Below are positions 26,201 to 64,000 of a stretch of 64,000 bases of DNA, one piece after another (position 1 is the first letter of the stretch; each line of letters opens with the position of its first letter). The DNA is from Podarcis gaigeae (Eukaryota). Location of the stretch: NCBI GenBank assembly GCA_964106915.2, contig OZ066916.1; one strand, written 5' to 3'. The notes under the pieces are model-generated. The model was not told the origin of the DNA. It ran no database searches and saw nothing but the letters and a program-made list of their open reading frames with translations. Both the position numbers and the translations under genes were made by a program.

Positions 26201-26497
26201 GTGCGCTCCCCCCGCACTACTCTTCCTCCGCCAATGAATTGTAGGTAAGTGTATATACTTCCTATAGGTACACTCCCATTGGACACAGTGGGGTTTACTT
26301 CTGAATAAACATGTATAGGATTGTGCATCAAGTTATATTGTTCAAAATGCCAGTTTAATCAAACTGGAAATTCTTACGGGTTTCCCAAGGATGGCGAAAC
26401 AGGTGGGCTTAGACGTAAGAAAGACTCTGTCAGCTTCGTCTTCATCATATATATCTACAAAGGGATAAGGTTGCTCCTCCTGTTGAGATGTCATCAT
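2301..26497 (-). CDS. AK9: Adenylate kinase 9, multi-exon gene (18 coding exons in the window; 3' part continues beyond the left edge)
   Basis: GT-AG exons with consistent phase give MMTSQQEEQPYPFVDIYDEDEADRVFLTSKPTCFAILGKP/SVGKKTLA..CPDYDLCQRISGLRQHP..RYRWRRSRWGRACPVALK..NPRPYLLPPMP..GGWVLDNFP, matching vertebrate AK9; head-to-head with FIG4 as in mammals. Confidence 0.95.
3112..3226 (-). CDS. AK9: AK9 coding exon 17 (KVLLTRLYQANKAEVDAKI...EEET)
   Basis: 115 nt, AG/GT. Confidence 0.85.
4022..4178 (-). CDS. AK9: AK9 coding exon 16 (LSKSNKYRYPGAAEKGGWVLDNFP...EQN)
   Basis: 157 nt, AG/GT; AK GWxLDxFP motif. Confidence 0.9.
4237..4400 (+). mobile_element. Old MIR/CORE-like SINE
   Basis: Degenerate tRNA head tgtagtgtagtagttag and CORE-like cagcctaatctacccaacagg..gttgtaagggtaaaatggga. 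Confidence 0.55.
5821..5969 (-). CDS. AK9: AK9 coding exon 15 (TSVPQTSEVTSEHPEVQE...EEAITE)
   Basis: 149 nt, AG/GT; EVTxxHPEV motif as in AK9. Confidence 0.85.
6055..6868 (+). mobile_element. Probable solo LTR containing a nested hAT MITE
   Basis: TGT...ACA ends, near-TSD CTGCC/CTCCC, AATAAA at 6717. Confidence 0.55.
6149..6458. mobile_element. Non-autonomous hAT DNA transposon
   Basis: 8-bp TSD ATGTAGAT on both sides, CAGGGGTC start, internal ~45-bp duplication. Confidence 0.8.
7909..7983 (-). CDS. AK9: AK9 probable exon 14, acidic linker (SSTIKEEDEAEMEELSPSQAAEEI)
   Basis: 75 nt, phase 1-1, strong polypyrimidine tract, donor GTATTA. Confidence 0.65.
8425..8532 (-). CDS. AK9: AK9 probable exon 13, acidic linker (ALIAQDLSDKEPDEYEEG...SQK)
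   Basis: 108 nt, phase 1-1, polypyrimidine tract plus CAG, donor GTATTA. Confidence 0.65.
9046..9212 (-). mobile_element. Sauria SINE (5' part)
   Basis: Reverse complement GTAAAGGGACCCCTGACCGTTAGGTCCAGTCG..., same family as the 28824 copy. Confidence 0.85.
9437..9581 (-). CDS. AK9: AK9 coding exon 12 (VIDMEDLLKAQFEEAR...LYQEQ)
   Basis: 145 nt, AG/GT, phase 0 to 1. Confidence 0.85.
10435..10615 (-). CDS. AK9: AK9 coding exon 11 (FLGKMYML...GPPLSGRTT...YQGK)
   Basis: 181 nt after a 79-nt intron; overlaps ORF 10420..10602; contains P-loop 2. Confidence 0.92.
10695..10834 (-). CDS. AK9: AK9 coding exon 10 (DELFRVLAAYKLVAPRYRWRRSRWGRACPVALK...)
   Basis: 140 nt, AG/GT. Confidence 0.9.
11625..11723 (-). 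CDS. AK9: AK9 coding exon 9 (TVIARLQSMGLRNGA...GLDN)
   Basis: 99 nt, AG/GTAAGC. Confidence 0.87.
13064..13138 (-). CDS. AK9: AK9 coding exon 8 (TLMAEQDSQYLFELDGNKPAEELIA)
   Basis: 75 nt, AG/GTATGT. Confidence 0.88.
13645..13910 (-). mobile_element. tRNA-Lys-derived SINE with CR1-like tail, interrupted by a hAT MITE (13690-13825)
   Basis: Reverse complement of a tRNA-Lys-CTT-like head at ~13838-13908; MITE TIR CAGTGTTTCCCAACCTTGTGCCTCCAGCTG. Confidence 0.8.
14297..14422 (-). CDS. AK9: AK9 coding exon 7 (AIADQIML...HRPEDFLEN...LRPLE)
   Basis: 126 nt, AG/GTAAGA. Confidence 0.88.
15307..15525 (+). mobile_element. Tc1/mariner-type MITE (TIR CAGTGGTACCTC, TA TSD)
   Basis: TIRs and TA flanks; five copies in the window. 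Confidence 0.88.
15575..15816 (-). mobile_element. Same MITE family, inverted relative to the 15307 copy
   Basis: TIRs and TA flanks. Confidence 0.88.
16410..16601 (-). CDS. AK9: AK9 coding exon 6 (CPDYDLCQRISG...poly-Glu)
   Basis: 192 nt, AG/GT; overlaps ORF 16401..16586. Confidence 0.9.
17897..18136. mobile_element. hAT-type MITE
   Basis: TIR CAGGGCTTTTTTT/AAAAAAATACCCTG, TSD ATGTTCAC/ATGCTCAC. Confidence 0.75.
18271..18383 (-). CDS. AK9: AK9 coding exon 5 (GYVLCDFPS...KPDFLINIK)
   Basis: 113 nt, AG/GT. Confidence 0.9.
18775..18811. repeat. (TA)n microsatellite
   Basis: Direct reading. Confidence 0.95.
19666..19762 (-). CDS. AK9: AK9 coding exon 4 (CNELLYQGQAIPEDL...SPEVFHF)
   Basis: 97 nt, AG/GT, AK NMP-binding-like segment. 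Confidence 0.88.
19844..20208 (+). mobile_element. L2 LINE 3' end with (TAA)n tail
   Basis: YLKERLHP..RTLRSS..RAFSVVAPVLWNALP RT C-terminus; (TAA)n at ~20163-20208. Confidence 0.8.
20300..20440 (-). mobile_element. tRNA/CR1-tail SINE fragment
   Basis: (agaatcat)n tail followed by gagttggaagggaccc. Confidence 0.6.
20571..20623 (-). CDS. AK9: AK9 coding exon 3 (ASELIDENITAETEYGIK)
   Basis: 53 nt, AG/GT, phase consistent. Confidence 0.85.
20879..21123 (+). mobile_element. Tc1/mariner-type MITE (CAGTGGTACCTC family)
   Basis: TIRs and TA flanks. Confidence 0.9.
23479..23542 (-). CDS. AK9: AK9 coding exon 2 (SVGKKTLAKKLAQIWKCTLID)
   Basis: 64 nt, AG/GT, completes P-loop 1. Confidence 0.9.
24583..24645. 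repeat. 28-bp direct duplication with a 7-bp spacer
   Basis: ATGGAATCACCTCTAGGTAGTGGCTTCT at 24583-24610 and 24618-24645. Confidence 0.9.
24692..25858 (-). mobile_element. CR1 LINE, 5'-truncated and degenerate (RT C-terminal half plus 3' UTR)
   Basis: ORFs 25319..25795 (VYLDFSKAFDKV, VPQGSVLGP) and 24932..25291 (LYSALVRPHLE..VQRRATK..LEKRRLRGD). Confidence 0.93.
26070..26236. mobile_element. GC-rich non-autonomous DNA transposon (hAT-like)
   Basis: Imperfect TIR CAGTGACAGAG/CTCCGCCAATG, near-TSD AATTCCAG/AATTGTAG. Confidence 0.55.
26378..26497 (-). CDS. AK9: AK9 coding exon 1 (MMTSQQEE...AILGKP)
   Basis: ATG at 26497 or 26494, donor GTAAGA, upstream acceptor at 26508-26509. Confidence 0.9.
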
Positions 26498-28040
26498 TAA
26501 GCCTATACTAGGAGGAAAATGTGTTCATTATTAATATCACTATTACTTACAAGATAACTGATTTACTGACAAGCCCTACATCACAATACCCTTTGGCAAA
26601 ATCCAAGAGTGTAGTTAGGTTTCCCAGTCCAGAAACCATTCTTTATGCTAAAGAATGTTAGGTTTAAACTGTAAATTTAGATTGTTTTCAAAACTGTGAA
26701 CCTTGAGTGCACAGGCAGAAAGTCGGTACAGTATAAGAAATGTAGTAGCATCTATGAAAAAGAAAACATGTGGTATTGTTAAGAAACCCCGACTACACAG
26801 CGGCACGAGAGAGTCTGGCTTCGGCCAGCACCGGATGAAACAATATGAGGAGCACTTACTGCGTGACTTGACCAAACTGTGTCCCTCTGCTTCTTTTTGG
26901 TGGCAGCCCACATTGAAGCGGCGCGCGATAGGCTACCACTGAGCCGCCGAGATTGCTGTTTCCACGTAACCTTGGCGACCGCGACCAGCCTCGCCGTTCT
27001 CTTGGAACCGCCCCCGCTCCCTTCGCCCAATCAACGAGCGCGATGAGGGCACGAGGCCGAGTAGTTTTTAAAAGGGCACCACCAACCGGTCTCTTCTCAG
27101 AGGGCCAACGGCCACGCTCAGCTGCCAAGCGTTCGGCGGCTGGGTGAGCGGCAGTTGAAGTCGCCTTCGAGAGTTTAGAAATTAACGGTTTCTCTGTAGC
27201 GGAACTGAGAGCCGTCTTGTTGAATGTGTGAGCTCAACGGGACTTGCTCCCTAGGGAACAAAGAAGCGCGAGACCTGAAAGCCTCGCGCGTTTATTATGG
27301 CACCAGCTTTTCTGGCCTCCATACCATCAGAAGTATGGAGGGTTCTCCTCGGTGAACAGCAAATCCCCTCACATGCCCAGACCTCTGAACCGAGGATAAT
27401 ACTTCAATAATCTGAGGAAGACCCCGGTCCGTGAAAGCTGGTGCCATAATTGTGAGGCTCTTGCGACAGGGGCCAGGCACACCTGTCCTCTGGAGACAAC
27501 AAATAACCTGCTGGTCTTAAAGGTGCCAGCACGGCTCACCCTCTGGAAGTTGTGACCACGGAAGACTCCTAACGGAGTGTGTTTAGCACTGCAACCACCA
27601 ATAAAGCGCTGGACAACACACACTGCCCACAAACGGCGCCCTTCTTCCACCGAGAACAACGATATACGCAGTCCTGGCAGAACGGGCTTTGTTCCCGAAC
27701 GTAAAATGGCGGCGGCAAAGGCAGTCACGTGAACTTGGGCTGCCTTCGGCTGTCACTCTCCTGCGACTGCGCAGGATATGGGCGGGACGGGTTCCTTCCT
27801 GATGTTTTGGAGAGTCCCCGTTCCTTCTACTTGTTACCCCCCCTTAACGAGGGGGCTGGTGGGGGGTTCTTGCTGGTTCAGTGGAGCGAGAGGGGGAAAG
27901 AGTTCGGGGTTCATGGACTCCTCTATCCCCACTCGGTAACCTCCGGGTTTCTGCGAGCAGACCTTCCCTCAAAAGAAGGAAGGAGCGCCCGAGAAGGGGT
28001 TCGCCGCTGACTGAGTGCGGCCCTCTCCCCTGCTGTCACC

Positions 28041-63246
<35,206 letters not shown>

Positions 63247-64000
63247 TAAACAACTGGCTACATGGTGCTATTGAATTTTTATGATGAAAATGAAACTGGG
63301 TCAAAATAACATGTTGACAGCCTGAAAGGTATTTGGGTCAGGCTCAACTTTAAATTCAGTAGGACAGCTTCAGAGTTAAACCTTAAGGGTTGGACACTGT
63401 AATTGCTATCAGGCATGACAGTGTAACCCTGGACAAAATCTGCCTTCTCTCAGTGAGCAGAATGGTAGTGTTCAAGCAGCCATCAAGGGTCTGTTTTTCC
63501 AGCTCCCATATAGGCTGTAAAATATCTAAAACACCCCATGTGTTAGTGGAAATCGTTCATGGCTTGGAGTAAAGCACTCAGTCAAATAGTAGCATTATAA
63601 TATTCTAGCAAGGGCCATTTACTTCATAACTGCCACTGCAGTTGTTAAGGAACACCAAACCACGGGGAAGATTACCTTGCTAATATGAGCATTAAGCCCA
63701 AATGTATGCAGCCAAGTGATCTATTCTGAGAAATTTGAGTGCAAGAATGGTAAGTGTTTAGACAGAATCCTTCTTAAATAAACTTATTTTTCTGTAGAGA
63801 AGCAGACAAAAATAACATAAATATAAGCGAAATAAGGTCACATAGGCAGGTAACTTTCTTCACTGCTTGACTGAATTGGAATTGCCAAGCAACACTCAAT
63901 CTAATCTTGAGTGCTGCGGTTAAAACGTTTAGAACCAGACATACTGTTATTTCTATTATAGGTATAGGTATAAAAGTGTGTCCTTCTAATCCCTTTTCAA

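Overview
Vertebrate genomic DNA from a squamate reptile, probably a lacertid lizard (inferred from the Sauria SINE, CORE/tRNA SINE, CR1, L2 and Penelope repeat content). Two genes lie head-to-head across a CpG-island promoter (~26800-28200). AK9 (adenylate kinase 9) is on the minus strand: I read 18 phase-consistent coding exons from 26497 down to 2301 (~688 aa), and the gene runs off the left edge. FIG4 (Sac3 PI(3,5)P2 5-phosphatase) is on the plus strand: coding exons 1-15 from 28041 to 63208 (~582 aa) include the CVDCLDRT catalytic motif, and the gene runs off the right edge. Introns are dense with transposons. Most notable observations: (1) a TSD-bounded insertion joining the 5' 32 nt of U1 snRNA head-to-head with a LINE-like 3' tail in FIG4 intron 5; (2) an uninterrupted Penelope RT/GIY-YIG ORF ending inside a hammerhead-ribozyme-like motif, followed by a perfect 120-bp palindrome; (3) non-canonical P-loops in the first two AK9 kinase domains; (4) a bidirectional promoter with RFX X-box-like sites on the AK9 side and a CLEAR-like E-box plus YY1 site on the FIG4 side; (5) a U12-type intron in FIG4. 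All calls are by manual reading; orthologue and repeat-family assignments are from memory, not database searches.
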